A stretch of DNA of 64,000 nucleotides from an uncultured Candidatus Bathyarchaeia archaeon (GTDB taxonomy: Archaea; Thermoproteota; Bathyarchaeia; 40CM-2-53-6), in NCBI GenBank assembly GCA_964601325.1, contig CAZRNA010000003.1, forward strand, positions 4,629-68,628, given 5' to 3'. Positions 47,047 to 56,400 of this stretch are shown piece after piece. The translations under genes and the position numbers were made by a program. The notes below the pieces were generated by a model that ran no database searches, was not told the origin of the DNA, and saw only the letters and a list, made by a program, of their open reading frames with translations. How positions within the stretch are numbered: position 1 is the stretch's first letter; each line of letters begins with the position of its first letter.

Positions 47047-49764
47047 ATGACGCAGAGACAGCACGCAAAGGATCACTCTGGTTCGAGGTTCCAGCGCGAG
47101 CAACCTTGGCATTCATTACGGGCTCACGATGTTGTCTCTCGTCTTGGCTCGAAAACGGAAGGGCTAGACGAAGAGGAGGCTGAGCTCAGGCTAAGTCGAT
47201 TCGGACATAACGAACTCGAACCTGAAAAGAAGCCTTCTTCCGCGGGCATCTTCCTTCGGCAATTCAAGAGCGTCCTTGTGATTATCCTACTTGCAGCCAC
47301 GCTGATATCACTGGCACTTGGCGAAACGGTAGATGCGGCAGTCATACTGGCCATAATTTTCGCCATATCTGTGTTGGGTTTCGTGCAGGAGTATCGAGCC
47401 GAGAAGGCGCTTGAGGCTCTCAAGCGGATGGCAGCTCTCACAGCCACCGTGGTGCGAGGAGGCGTGGAGAGTGAGATTCCTGCAAGAGAGCTCGTTCCTG
47501 GGGATGTCGTGGTTCTTTCAGTCGGTGATAAGATCCCTGCCGATATGCGACTCGTCGAAACGGTAAACCTCAGAATCGATGAAGCACCCTTGACAGGAGA
47601 GTCGGTATCTTCTGAGAAGGGAATTGATCCGGTCCCTCAAGACTCTCCGCTAGCTGACAGAACCTGCAATGCGTACGCAGGCACAGCGGTGTCCTACGGC
47701 AGAGGTAGAGGAGTCGTCTTCTCGACAGGTCAGGCAACCGAATTCGGCAAGATCGCCTCTATGATGCAGGCAGCCCCCAAAGTGAAGACTCCATTGGAGT
47801 TACGCATCGAGAGCGTCGGTCGAGTTCTTGGTGCCATCATGGTCGGAGCTTCGGTCTCGGTCATGGTGGTGGGACTGGCTAGGGGACAGCCTCTCTTGGA
47901 GATGTTCCTCTGGTCCGTGAGTCTTGCCGTTGCAGCTGTGCCGGAGGCATTGCCTGCAGTCGTAACAGGTGGATTGGCTATAGGCGTCCGGAGAATGGCG
48001 AAACGCAACGCGATCGTTAGGCGTCTTCCAGCTGTTGAAACTCTCGGATCAACCACGATCATCTGCTCAGACAAGACTGGCACGATGACCAAAGGCGAAA
48101 TGACTGTTCGTCGGATCTTCGTAGGCAAGGAGCTCTACGAAGTAACCGGCTCAGGATACGAGCCAAAGGGTGGGATACTCAAAGACGGAATTCCGGCTCT
48201 CAATGATGATCTGTCCCTGATAGCAAGAGTTGGCGCTCTTTGTAACGATGCTTCCATGACCGTTGCAAGCTTGACTAGGGTCGTAGGTGACCCCACCGAA
48301 ATTGCCCTACTCGTGATCGCAGCGAAGGCCGGAGAAAAAGTGGAGAGGTTGAAGCTTACTTATCCGAGAATATTCGAGGCTCCGTTCACTTCCGAACGCA
48401 AACGAATGACAACAGTGCACAATGCACCTGACGGTCAGCTTTTGTGTTGTATGAAGGGAGCGCTTGAGACAGTTCTACCGAGTTGTGAATCCGCGTACTT
48501 CGAAGGCAGATCTGTCCCGATGGACCAGGCCATGATTCGCCGAGTTCACGACATGGGCGAACAGATGGCAAGCGATGCGCTCCGTGTCCTCGCATTCGCG
48601 TTCAAGGCCATGTCGAATGTCAGAAGCGACTTCGAGAGGAACTCTGAGAGCGGGCTCGTGTTCCTGGGGTTGATGGGTATGATTGATCCGCCAAGAGAAG
48701 AGGTCAAAGAAGCAGTCCGAAAATGCGATACGGCGGGCATTAAGGTTGTGATGATAACTGGAGATCACAAGGCAACCGCTGAGGCAGTAGCGCGAGAACT
48801 TGGTCTCTTGAGTTCAAAAAGGAAGGTTCTCCTCGGCGCAGAGCTTGACAGACTTCGGGAAAATGAGTTTGAAAGAATAGTCGAGGATGTAGCAGTATAC
48901 GCCAGAGTCTCACCAGAACATAAGCTTCGGATAGTCACCGCGCTCAAGAAGAAAGGTCATATTGTTGCAATGACCGGCGATGGGGTCAACGATGCGCCCG
49001 CCCTAAAGAATGCAAACATCGGTATTGCCATGGGCATTACCGGAACCGACGTCACGAAGGAAGCCGCGGATATTGTACTGGCAGACGACAACTTCGCTTC
49101 GATCGTTGCAGCTGTGGAGGAAGGACGCGCGATTTACGATAACATACGGAAGTATCTTCTGTTCCTTCTCTCGGCCAACACTGGCGAGCTTCTGATCATG
49201 CTTTCAGCAGTCTTGTTCGGTTTTCCACTGCCGCTAGTGCCGGTTCAGATTCTCTATGTGAATCTTGCGACTGACGGCCTGCCTGCACTCGCTCTCGGCA
49301 TAGATCCTCCGGTGCAGGATTTGATGCGAAGACACCCGCGGAATCCTAAGCTCAGCGTATTTGCTGGTCTGAAGGGTTGGATTGCCGGAATTACATTACT
49401 GATGAGCTTGGTTATGATGTCTCTGTTTGCCTATGGCTTATCATCGAGGGGCCTCGTCGAGGCTCGATCTCTTATGTTCATGGCTATTATCGTGTTCGAG
49501 TTGGTATTCGCCTTCAGTTGTAGATCACAGAGCCAAACCATCTTCCGGCTCGGTGTTACCAGCAACAAGTATCTTGTAGCTGCAGTGCTTTCGCAACTTT
49601 GCCTGCTGCTCCTGATCATGTACGTTCCGAGTGTCGCACGTCTTTTCGAGGTTACGCCAATTGGCATCATAGACTGGTTGATAGTGGTAGCGGCCGGAAT
49701 ATCCGGATTCGTGCTAGCTGAAACATCCAAGGTCATCGCCGTGAGATTGCGGAGACGGCCTTGA
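47047..49764 (+). CDS. P-type cation-transporting ATPase (type IIA, Ca2+-ATPase-like)
   Basis: 905 aa. 'ICSDKTGTMT' phosphorylation site, 'MITGDHKATA', 'MTGDGVNDAPAL', 10 TM. Confidence 0.9.
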   Translation: MTQRQHAKDHSGSRFQREQPWHSLRAHDVVSRLGSKTEGLDEEEAELRLSRFGHNELEPEKKPSSAGIFLRQFKSVLVIILLAATLISLALGETVDAAVILAIIFAISVLGFVQEYRAEKALEALKRMAALTATVVRGGVESEIPARELVPGDVVVLSVGDKIPADMRLVETVNLRIDEAPLTGESVSSEKGIDPVPQDSPLADRTCNAYAGTAVSYGRGRGVVFSTGQATEFGKIASMMQAAPKVKTPLELRIESVGRVLGAIMVGASVSVMVVGLARGQPLLEMFLWSVSLAVAAVPEALPAVVTGGLAIGVRRMAKRNAIVRRLPAVETLGSTTIICSDKTGTMTKGEMTVRRIFVGKELYEVTGSGYEPKGGILKDGIPALNDDLSLIARVGALCNDASMTVASLTRVVGDPTEIALLVIAAKAGEKVERLKLTYPRIFEAPFTSERKRMTTVHNAPDGQLLCCMKGALETVLPSCESAYFEGRSVPMDQAMIRRVHDMGEQMASDALRVLAFAFKAMSNVRSDFERNSESGLVFLGLMGMIDPPREEVKEAVRKCDTAGIKVVMITGDHKATAEAVARELGLLSSKRKVLLGAELDRLRENEFERIVEDVAVYARVSPEHKLRIVTALKKKGHIVAMTGDGVNDAPALKNANIGIAMGITGTDVTKEAADIVLADDNFASIVAAVEEGRAIYDNIRKYLLFLLSANTGELLIMLSAVLFGFPLPLVPVQILYVNLATDGLPALALGIDPPVQDLMRRHPRNPKLSVFAGLKGWIAGITLLMSLVMMSLFAYGLSSRGLVEARSLMFMAIIVFELVFAFSCRSQSQTIFRLGVTSNKYLVAAVLSQLCLLLLIMYVPSVARLFEVTPIGIIDWLIVVAAGISGFVLAETSKVIAVRLRRRP

Positions 49765-49926
49765 CTGGTAGGCTCGCTCTCCTATCTGCTATCTATGTCA
49801 TGGCATTTGTGATCTAGGCCAGACTGGCACCTGCACGTTTGCAGGATTGATCAAGCATCGACGAGTCTATGTTCGATGCTCTGAGTCTACTTCATGATCG
49901 GTCCAAATGCGGTCGGCACTGTCTTG

Positions 49927-50271
49927 TTAGGGAAGTCGCTCGAACCTGAAGCCTTCGACGTCTTTTCCTCGGATCTTGCGGATATGTCCCCAGACTGGAC
50001 GAACTCTGTCTCCGATCTTGATCTCTTCGCTCAGAACTTGGCCTGTGACTCTAACCTTTCCGTCGAACTCGACTATAGCGAGGGTTAACGGCAGCTGTTC
50101 GATGCCTTCAGGCACCGTCCAAAGCCTCGTAAACGTCACGATCTTGCCTTCATTACTCAGGGGGTATTCTTCGAAGTCTTTTCCCTTGCATGAAGGACAG
50201 AGGAACCGTTTCGGATATGCGATCGCGCCGCACTTCTTGCATTTGAATCCGACAAACCTACTCTCTGCCAT
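49927..50271 (-). CDS. DUF35 OB-fold/zinc-ribbon protein (thiolase/HMG-CoA synthase scaffold)
   Basis: KCKKCGAIAYPKRFLCPSCKG zinc ribbon followed by an OB fold. Immediately downstream of the thiolase. Confidence 0.85.
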   Translation of the reverse strand: MAESRFVGFKCKKCGAIAYPKRFLCPSCKGKDFEEYPLSNEGKIVTFTRLWTVPEGIEQLPLTLAIVEFDGKVRVTGQVLSEEIKIGDRVRPVWGHIRKIRGKDVEGFRFERLP

Positions 50272-51423
50272 CTAGATTCTCTCCAGTACAAACGCCACTA
50301 TGTTGTTGGCGAATCCTCCTAAGTTGCAGGAGAAAGCTCGCTGGGCGTTCTTTACCTGTCGCCTGTCCGCTTCTCCTCTGAGCTGCCAGGTCATCTCAAC
50401 TATCTGAGCCACTCCTGTGGCTCCTACCGGGTGACCCCTCGCTTTCAGTCCACCGGATGGGTTTATCGGGAACTTCCCGTCGAGTGCAGTCACGCCGTCG
50501 CGAAGCGCCTTGTGCCCTGTGCCCTTCTCGAAGAATCCTGCGTCTTCACTTTCAACTATTTCGAGTATAGTGAAGGCGTCGTGTAATTCTGCGAAGCTCA
50601 TGTCTCTTGGTGTCGTCTTGCTCATCTTGAAAGCCTGTGCAGCAGAGACCCTGAGTGCCTCCAGTACCGCTGGATCTTTCCTGTCTTGTACGGCCATCCT
50701 GTCAGTCGCTTGGCCAACTCCTGCTATCCTGATGGGCGTGTCCGTGAATTCTCTTGCTTTCTCCGTCGCGGCTAGGAGCACTGACGCTGCCCCGTCTGTG
50801 ACAGGACAGCAATGGTACATCCGGATTGGGTCCGATATGATAGGGTTGTTCACTTCGGCCTCCGGAGAACCGTAGATTCCCTCTAGCGTTACCGGTTGCT
50901 GGATGTGGGCATACGGATTCTTCGAGCCGTTCAGGTGGTTCTTCACCGCGACGCGTGCAAGGTCCTCTTCGGTCACGCCGTACCTTTCCATATACAGTCT
51001 CGCGAGCATCCCAGCCAAGGACGGGAGCGTAACGCCATGAACGTATTCGGCCTCTATGTTGGTCATCGTGGCTATGTAGTCAGTTATTACTTCGCCCGGC
51101 ACGTGCCGCATCTTCTCTCCACCTGTGACGAGGGCGGTATCGTATAGGCCGCAGGCAATCGCACAGTAAGCGTTCTTGACAGCCGATCCTCCTGATGCAG
51201 GGCCATTCTCCACGCGGTCCGCTGCGGCCGGAACAAGCGCTAACTGGTCTACAAGTGCGCTCCCCACAGCTACCTGATGGTTCAATTCCCCGGCCAACAT
51301 GCTGGCCGCATATACTGCATCTATGTTCCTATCACCTGCGCCGGCATCCTCAAGTGCTTTGATGCTAGATTCGGTCATAAGACTGAGCAGAGTCTTATCG
51401 TCGTGCCTGCCGAACTTTGTCAT
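50272..51423 (-). CDS. Archaeal thiolase (acetyl-CoA C-acetyltransferase family)
   Basis: 383 aa. Thiolase fold with active Cys 'NAYCAIA' and C-terminal 'NPSGGLKARGHPVGATG'. Confidence 0.85.
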   Translation of the reverse strand: MTKFGRHDDKTLLSLMTESSIKALEDAGAGDRNIDAVYAASMLAGELNHQVAVGSALVDQLALVPAAADRVENGPASGGSAVKNAYCAIACGLYDTALVTGGEKMRHVPGEVITDYIATMTNIEAEYVHGVTLPSLAGMLARLYMERYGVTEEDLARVAVKNHLNGSKNPYAHIQQPVTLEGIYGSPEAEVNNPIISDPIRMYHCCPVTDGAASVLLAATEKAREFTDTPIRIAGVGQATDRMAVQDRKDPAVLEALRVSAAQAFKMSKTTPRDMSFAELHDAFTILEIVESEDAGFFEKGTGHKALRDGVTALDGKFPINPSGGLKARGHPVGATGVAQIVEMTWQLRGEADRRQVKNAQRAFSCNLGGFANNIVAFVLERI

Positions 51424-51466
51424 GCCGCAGCCTACAACAGAGACATCTCTCAGGTCTGCTCCCTCA

Positions 51467-52132
51467 TCACTGCTGAGATATCCAATCTAAGGGTGCGTTC
51501 TCAAACGTCGCAGCCTTCTTGAGCACATCATCAGGGACGGGCCTAGATCCCATCACAAGCCGGGGCTTAACCTTTTGATAGATGTCCCTAGTTATTACCC
51601 ATGCCTTGGCTCCGCCCAACTCATGCTGCACGCCAGGTCTGACCTGGAGTCCCCACTCCACTATCCACCGGCGAAAACCGATCGGACTCTCCGCCGTAAC
51701 AAGTATCTCTTCCGCTCCCAAGGTCTCCATGGAATGCTCATGTTTGGCTGCGAACAAGTGAGCTCCAACCCTGGCACCTCGTTTCAGAGCCGTCGTATGA
51801 TAACTTACGTGGGTCTTCTGATCGTACGCGCGGCTGTTGACGATTCCCGCCAGTTTTCCATCAACGATCCCGATGAGGCAGAACTCGTTCCTGACTCTGC
51901 GTCTGTACCAGCCCAGTAACTCAGCGTATTGTCTTGCCGCAACAATGTCGTAGAAGTCCCTCGACACTATTAGGAGTGGTGTAATCGCCTGAAGCAGTTT
52001 GGGGGCTTCCTCCCTCGCCGCCTCTCGAACGACCATGCGTTCACCGGTTGGGAGCAGAAGCGTTTTCGGAGGGTAGGGTTTCTTGGGAATGTCCCAGTCT
52101 ACTCCAAGTATGGACTCAATATCTTCGCTCAC
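51467..52132 (-). CDS. Conserved hypothetical protein (intact paralog of the 40762..41563 pseudogene), first gene of the thiolase operon
   Basis: 221 aa. No motif recognised. Shares a collinear core with the frameshifted copy. Confidence 0.5.
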   Translation of the reverse strand: MSEDIESILGVDWDIPKKPYPPKTLLLPTGERMVVREAAREEAPKLLQAITPLLIVSRDFYDIVAARQYAELLGWYRRRVRNEFCLIGIVDGKLAGIVNSRAYDQKTHVSYHTTALKRGARVGAHLFAAKHEHSMETLGAEEILVTAESPIGFRRWIVEWGLQVRPGVQHELGGAKAWVITRDIYQKVKPRLVMGSRPVPDDVLKKAATFENAPLDWISQQ

Positions 52133-52285
52133 AGTAAATTCATCGCGCTATGTGACCCGCCCTTTCATTATAGGCTTTGTCCCATATTGTGCGCAACAAC
52201 CGGTTTGCATGATAGAAGTGCGGATCATCTTCGTCTCAGTTGAGTTGGCCACATAACATGCTCCTGCAGATTCATTCCCTGCGAG

Positions 52286-52663
52286 ATGATGAGCCGACGC
52301 TCTTGTGAAGGCTCATCTCGTCACCACATGAGACTATTGCTTGATGTCAACGATTGGGACAGGGGCTTCACAATCGGCTTCATTGGCGGACTAATCGATA
52401 GTGACGGTCACATCCAGAAAGGGAAGCGTAACGGTCACTACGGAGCAATAATCACTACGAGTAGCGCCTCCCTTGGAGACCAAGTCCGAGACTTGTGCAA
52501 AGCTCAGCACATCAACGTGCTATGTCGCCTGGATCGTCGGGGAAAGCCTGACGAGAGACCTCGATACATCATACGTATTCCATCGGGCGATCTAAACGGC
52601 CTGTGTTCAGAGTTGCTGTGCATGAAACATGCGAGGTATCATGGTGGGCCGGGCCGGATTTGA
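52286..52663 (+). CDS. Single-motif LAGLIDADG homing-endonuclease-like protein
   Basis: 'GFTIGFIGGLIDSDGHIQKGKR' matches the LAGLIDADG consensus (ΦxGΦΦDGDG + basic). The 3' end overlaps the tRNA-Val gene on the opposite strand. Confidence 0.5.
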   Translation: MMSRRSCEGSSRHHMRLLLDVNDWDRGFTIGFIGGLIDSDGHIQKGKRNGHYGAIITTSSASLGDQVRDLCKAQHINVLCRLDRRGKPDERPRYIIRIPSGDLNGLCSELLCMKHARYHGGPGRI

Positions 52664-52732
52664 ACCGGCGACCACCTGCGTTTCCTGGATGGCTGTCAGG
52701 CAGGTATCCTAACCAGACTAGACGACCGGCCC
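52642..52732 (-). tRNA. tRNA-Val (anticodon GAC) with a ~13-nt intron at the canonical 37/38 site; CCA encoded
   Basis: Reverse complement: GGGCCGG-TC-GTCT-AGTCTGGTTA-GGAT-A-CCTGC-CTGACA[GCCATCCAGGAAA]C-GCAGG-TGGTC-GCCGG-TTCAAAT-CCGGC-CCGGCCC-A-CCA. Confidence 0.55.
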
Positions 52733-52816
52733 ACGGCTGCGGAGAATGGGTTCAGGAAACATAAAGATCCTTCGAGAACTACGGCGGTGGAGTATCCTAC
52801 CTTTCGGGCGTGTCCT

Positions 52817-53005
52817 TCACACGACTCTCATTCGGTTAACGTTCTTGTTCTGCCAAGAGTAGCGTCGAATTTTGCTCGACGCACCAAAGCCGCATGCGGC
52901 ACATTTCTTCTTCCTAATGTGATAGGAGTGTCGACCGCATCGGCGGCATCTAATGTGAGTCTTGCCTCGGCCTCGTAGCCCAAAGGAGGGCGTGCCCTTT
53001 CCCAT
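52817..53005 (-). CDS. rpl37e: 50S ribosomal protein L37e
   Basis: [41 protein letters not shown] is near-identical to the eL37 consensus. Confidence 0.9.
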   Translation of the reverse strand: MGKGTPSFGLRGRGKTHIRCRRCGRHSYHIRKKKCAACGFGASSKIRRYSWQNKNVNRMRVV

Positions 53006-53051
53006 TCTCGTCCACCCGCATGAGCAAAACAGAACAGGTATTTATGTCAAC

Positions 53052-53285
53052 CTAGCGACTCGGAGGCGGACTCACAAGCACCACGTTGTCGCCTCGCACG
53101 ATAATTGTTCCGATCTTCTTTGCGTTGTCTGGGTTCGTGATATCATCAGCGTCTTCAAGGACTAGGTTCATGTGTTGATCGTAACTGTAGAGCTTTCCCC
53201 TTACAGTGCGGCCCCCCTTGAGTTCGACCAAGACGACCTTGCCTAGGCTTTCCTCGAAAATCTTCGTGGCGACATCGGAAGACAT
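53052..53285 (-). CDS. Sm-like (LSm) archaeal protein
   Basis: Sm1/Sm2 motifs [29 protein letters not shown]...[11 protein letters not shown]. The start is taken at MSSDV (the ORF track begins 17 codons earlier). Confidence 0.85.
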   Translation of the reverse strand: MSSDVATKIFEESLGKVVLVELKGGRTVRGKLYSYDQHMNLVLEDADDITNPDNAKKIGTIIVRGDNVVLVSPPPSR

Positions 53286-53509
53286 TCTTTGTGTTCTCCG
53301 GTTGAAGTTGAAGTCTAAGCATTGAAACCCACACAATTTAAGGGTTAGGGTCTTGGATCAAGGTACAATCACAGAACTTTCTGGAAAACAAACTGGTTGC
53401 GCACGGAAAGGCGCATCAATGGGAGAAGAAAACCTCGAAAAGGAGAGCCCTCAAGTCCAGCGAGACAAAGCAACTGCTTCAGGAATTCAAGGAGAAGTTC
53501 CCAAGATTC

Positions 53510-53920
53510 ATGACTGATCCTCAGAGCAAACAGGCCGTTGAAGAGATCGTTGTCGAGAACGGAAAGTTGTTTCTCATCGACGACAAGCCCTTCGCGATCT
53601 CCACAGGCAGTGGACTATTTCCGAGCCTCTTGAATGAGGAATTGTTGAAGATACTTCCCTCGATCATAGTTGACATGGGTGCGATCCCACACATCTGTAA
53701 CGGAGCTGACATCATGAGGCCGGGGATTAAGGAAATTCACGGCGCCTTCGAAGAAGGCGCCGTTCTTCTTGTCAAAGACATTAGGTTCGGGAAACCGATC
53801 GGAATCTGCGTCGCGGAGACTTCATCCGAATCCATGCAGGCGATGACTAGAGGAAAAGCCGCGCGGAATGTCCATTATGTCGGAGACATGTTTTGGCAGG
53901 CCCTGAAGAAATCTGACTAG
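53510..53920 (+). CDS. PUA-domain RNA-binding protein
   Basis: 136 aa. C-terminal PUA-like 'GAVLLVKDIRFGKPIGICVAET'. The upstream in-frame segment also looks coding (see findings). Confidence 0.65.
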   Translation: MTDPQSKQAVEEIVVENGKLFLIDDKPFAISTGSGLFPSLLNEELLKILPSIIVDMGAIPHICNGADIMRPGIKEIHGAFEEGAVLLVKDIRFGKPIGICVAETSSESMQAMTRGKAARNVHYVGDMFWQALKKSD

Positions 53921-54080
53921 TTGAGTTTGTGTCAAATTCTAGTTGATTTCTTGGATCCGGCATACTTCACATATACGTGAGACTGCACACGTTCCTGCTA
54001 GGAACGGCTGGAACTCCTGAAGGTTTAAACTTGCGCTCTCGGCGTGTCTACTCCAGCCTGTAAGCTACTAGTGTTCTCCC

Positions 54081-54407
54081 ATGATTAAGCAGGGAACTGA
54101 TGTTGTAGCGGATTCACCGTATGTCCGAGCCATGCCGCTGAGTCACCTGAAAGATCTTGACGTGATCGAACACGTGCTCTCCGCTGGCAACGTTTTGATA
54201 ATCAAGATCACCCCGATCGCCAAGAGAAGCGTCGAGGAGACGAAGGTCGCAATCAAGCAACTCACGGACTTCGCGAAACGTCAAGGTGGCGACATCGCTA
54301 GACTGGGAGAAGAACGCGTCGTGTTGACTCCGCCTGGAATCAGAATCTGGCGAGACAAAGGTCAGGTTTCAGGCAATTCTTCAGCTGTTGAAGGACGGAG
54401 CAGCTAG
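54081..54407 (+). CDS. sepF: SepF-like (DUF552) cell-division protein
   Basis: 108 aa. 'YVRAMPLSHLKDLDVIEHVLSAGNVLIIKITP...GGDIARLGEERVVLTPPGIRI' fits archaeal SepF. Confidence 0.55.
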   Translation: MIKQGTDVVADSPYVRAMPLSHLKDLDVIEHVLSAGNVLIIKITPIAKRSVEETKVAIKQLTDFAKRQGGDIARLGEERVVLTPPGIRIWRDKGQVSGNSSAVEGRSS

Positions 54408-54440
54408 CAGAGCGTGTGAGAATACCTGGCCGTACGCGGT

Positions 54441-56369
54441 CTACTTCAGCCTGATTGTTTCAAGGAGATCAGGCGCTATCGTTCTGACTTTGAACATTCG
54501 TGATGCTGCATGAGCGAAACTGTCTACTTTGTGTCGCTCACCATGCCCGACAATTATCTTGGTGGGTTTTGGCGAGATTCTGCGAAGGAATGCAAGTAGC
54601 TGATTCCTATCTGAGTGTCCGGAGAATCCCTCGACGCTCTCGATTCGTAGGTCGACTTTGATCGCTTCGATCTTTCCGTTTCGTCCCATCATTGAGACTT
54701 CCTTGACTCCGTTCTTGAGCCGGTTGCCTAGAGTTCCTTCAATCTGATAGCTGACGAAGAGCAAGACGTTCTTGGGATCCGACGCAAGTTGTTTGAAGTA
54801 ATCGATCGCTGGTCCGCCTTCCAGCATGCCGGATGTGGCCATGATTATTGCCGGTTGACCTGCCACTATTTGTTCCCGGTCGCCCGGGTGGTTGACCACT
54901 GTGAAGTAATCTGACTGGAACGGATTGACATCTTTGTGCAGCATCTGGTCTCGAAGCTCTCTCACCAGATATTCAGGGAAGGCCGTGTGAATCGCTGTGG
55001 CTTCGGAGATCATGCCTTCGATGTAGATCGGCATTTCCTTGATCGTTCCATTCTTCATGTAGCTATCCAGAACAAGCATGATTTCTTGAGCACGTCCGAC
55101 AGCTGGAACAGGGATCAAGACCTTGCCGCCCTTCTCGGCTGTTTCGTTCACGATGGTTGCGAGCTTGCCTTCTACATTCATCCTCTCAGGCATGACATCC
55201 TCCTGGCCACCATACGTGCTCTCAATCACGAGTGTCTCTGCTCGTGGGAAAACGCATGACGCTGGTTCGAGCAGCATTGTGCGGCCGAATTTGAAGTCGC
55301 CAGTATAGACGATATTGTGGTAGCCTTCGCCAATGTGGAGGTGGATGATCGAGGAGCCGAGTATGTGGCCTGCATTGTGTAGTGTTAATTTAATGTCGGG
55401 CGCGACGTCAGTGACCACGCCATACTTCAACGGGATCGTGTGCATCACTGTCTCGCGAACATCCTTCTGATCATACGGTGCGTGCACGCCCTCCCTGTTG
55501 TAGACATCCAAGAAGTCCAGCTGCAGCAGCGTCATGAGAATGGCCGTAGGTTCCGAGCAGTAGACGGGTCCGTCGTAGCCGTACTTGTAGAGGAACGGAA
55601 CGAAACCGCAGTGGTCGAGGTGGGCGTGTGAAATCACTACGGCGTCGAGTCTGTCGATATCGAATTCGTCTGAATCGATCTTTGGAAATGCGTGTGAAGG
55701 GTCATTTGAACCGGGGTTTATCCCCATGTCCAACAGGACGTTGCTTTCGCCGGTCTGGACGAGCATAGCGGATCTGCCAACTTCGTGAAAGGCTCCGAGC
55801 GGAGTGACGAAGACGCCGTCCCTCGTTCCTATCATTGGCCTGAAGATGCGTTCGCCCACATCTCGAAGTATGCGGTTCCTAGCCTCACTCTCCGAGTGGA
55901 GGATGTGTCTCGTGCTGGTGACGATCTTCGACGGCATAGGTGGCGCGCGCAGCACCCTAGGTCGCCAACTGGTGCTTCTGATGACCTCTTGAAGTGTCGA
56001 GCCGTCCTTCCCGATTGCAAGCCCAGGTTTCTTTGCTTCGATAGTCACTTCTCCGAGGGAAGGATCAAAGGTAATATTGATGATTTCTGCTTCCTGCGGG
56101 ATCGTGGATTTGATCATTTTCTCCGCTTCCGCTTCGGTTGCTCTGATAGAGGGGTCGGAACGTATGACGACGCGTTTGTGAAGCATGTTGACAATGTCGG
56201 TCACTACGTAACTCTGCTCCAAGAGGAGAACGACATTCTTGACGTAGATTGCTAGGCGGGGTCCTTCGAACTCGATTCTGGTAATCTCTGCTTCTTTGGG
56301 CATATTCGACAGGATGGTCTCGCGTATTCGCACGTGAGAATCGTCGATAGGCCTAGCCATTGAAGCCAC
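54441..56369 (-). CDS. aCPSF1 beta-CASP ribonuclease (N-terminal KH domains + MBL + beta-CASP)
   Basis: 642 aa. 'VISHAHLDHCG' MBL motif II. Tandem KH-like N-terminus. Beta-CASP C-terminal motifs. Confidence 0.9.
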   Translation of the reverse strand: MASMARPIDDSHVRIRETILSNMPKEAEITRIEFEGPRLAIYVKNVVLLLEQSYVVTDIVNMLHKRVVIRSDPSIRATEAEAEKMIKSTIPQEAEIINITFDPSLGEVTIEAKKPGLAIGKDGSTLQEVIRSTSWRPRVLRAPPMPSKIVTSTRHILHSESEARNRILRDVGERIFRPMIGTRDGVFVTPLGAFHEVGRSAMLVQTGESNVLLDMGINPGSNDPSHAFPKIDSDEFDIDRLDAVVISHAHLDHCGFVPFLYKYGYDGPVYCSEPTAILMTLLQLDFLDVYNREGVHAPYDQKDVRETVMHTIPLKYGVVTDVAPDIKLTLHNAGHILGSSIIHLHIGEGYHNIVYTGDFKFGRTMLLEPASCVFPRAETLVIESTYGGQEDVMPERMNVEGKLATIVNETAEKGGKVLIPVPAVGRAQEIMLVLDSYMKNGTIKEMPIYIEGMISEATAIHTAFPEYLVRELRDQMLHKDVNPFQSDYFTVVNHPGDREQIVAGQPAIIMATSGMLEGGPAIDYFKQLASDPKNVLLFVSYQIEGTLGNRLKNGVKEVSMMGRNGKIEAIKVDLRIESVEGFSGHSDRNQLLAFLRRISPKPTKIIVGHGERHKVDSFAHAASRMFKVRTIAPDLLETIRLK

Positions 56370-56400
56370 CTTGAATGATAGGAAAGGACTCTGATTCTGT

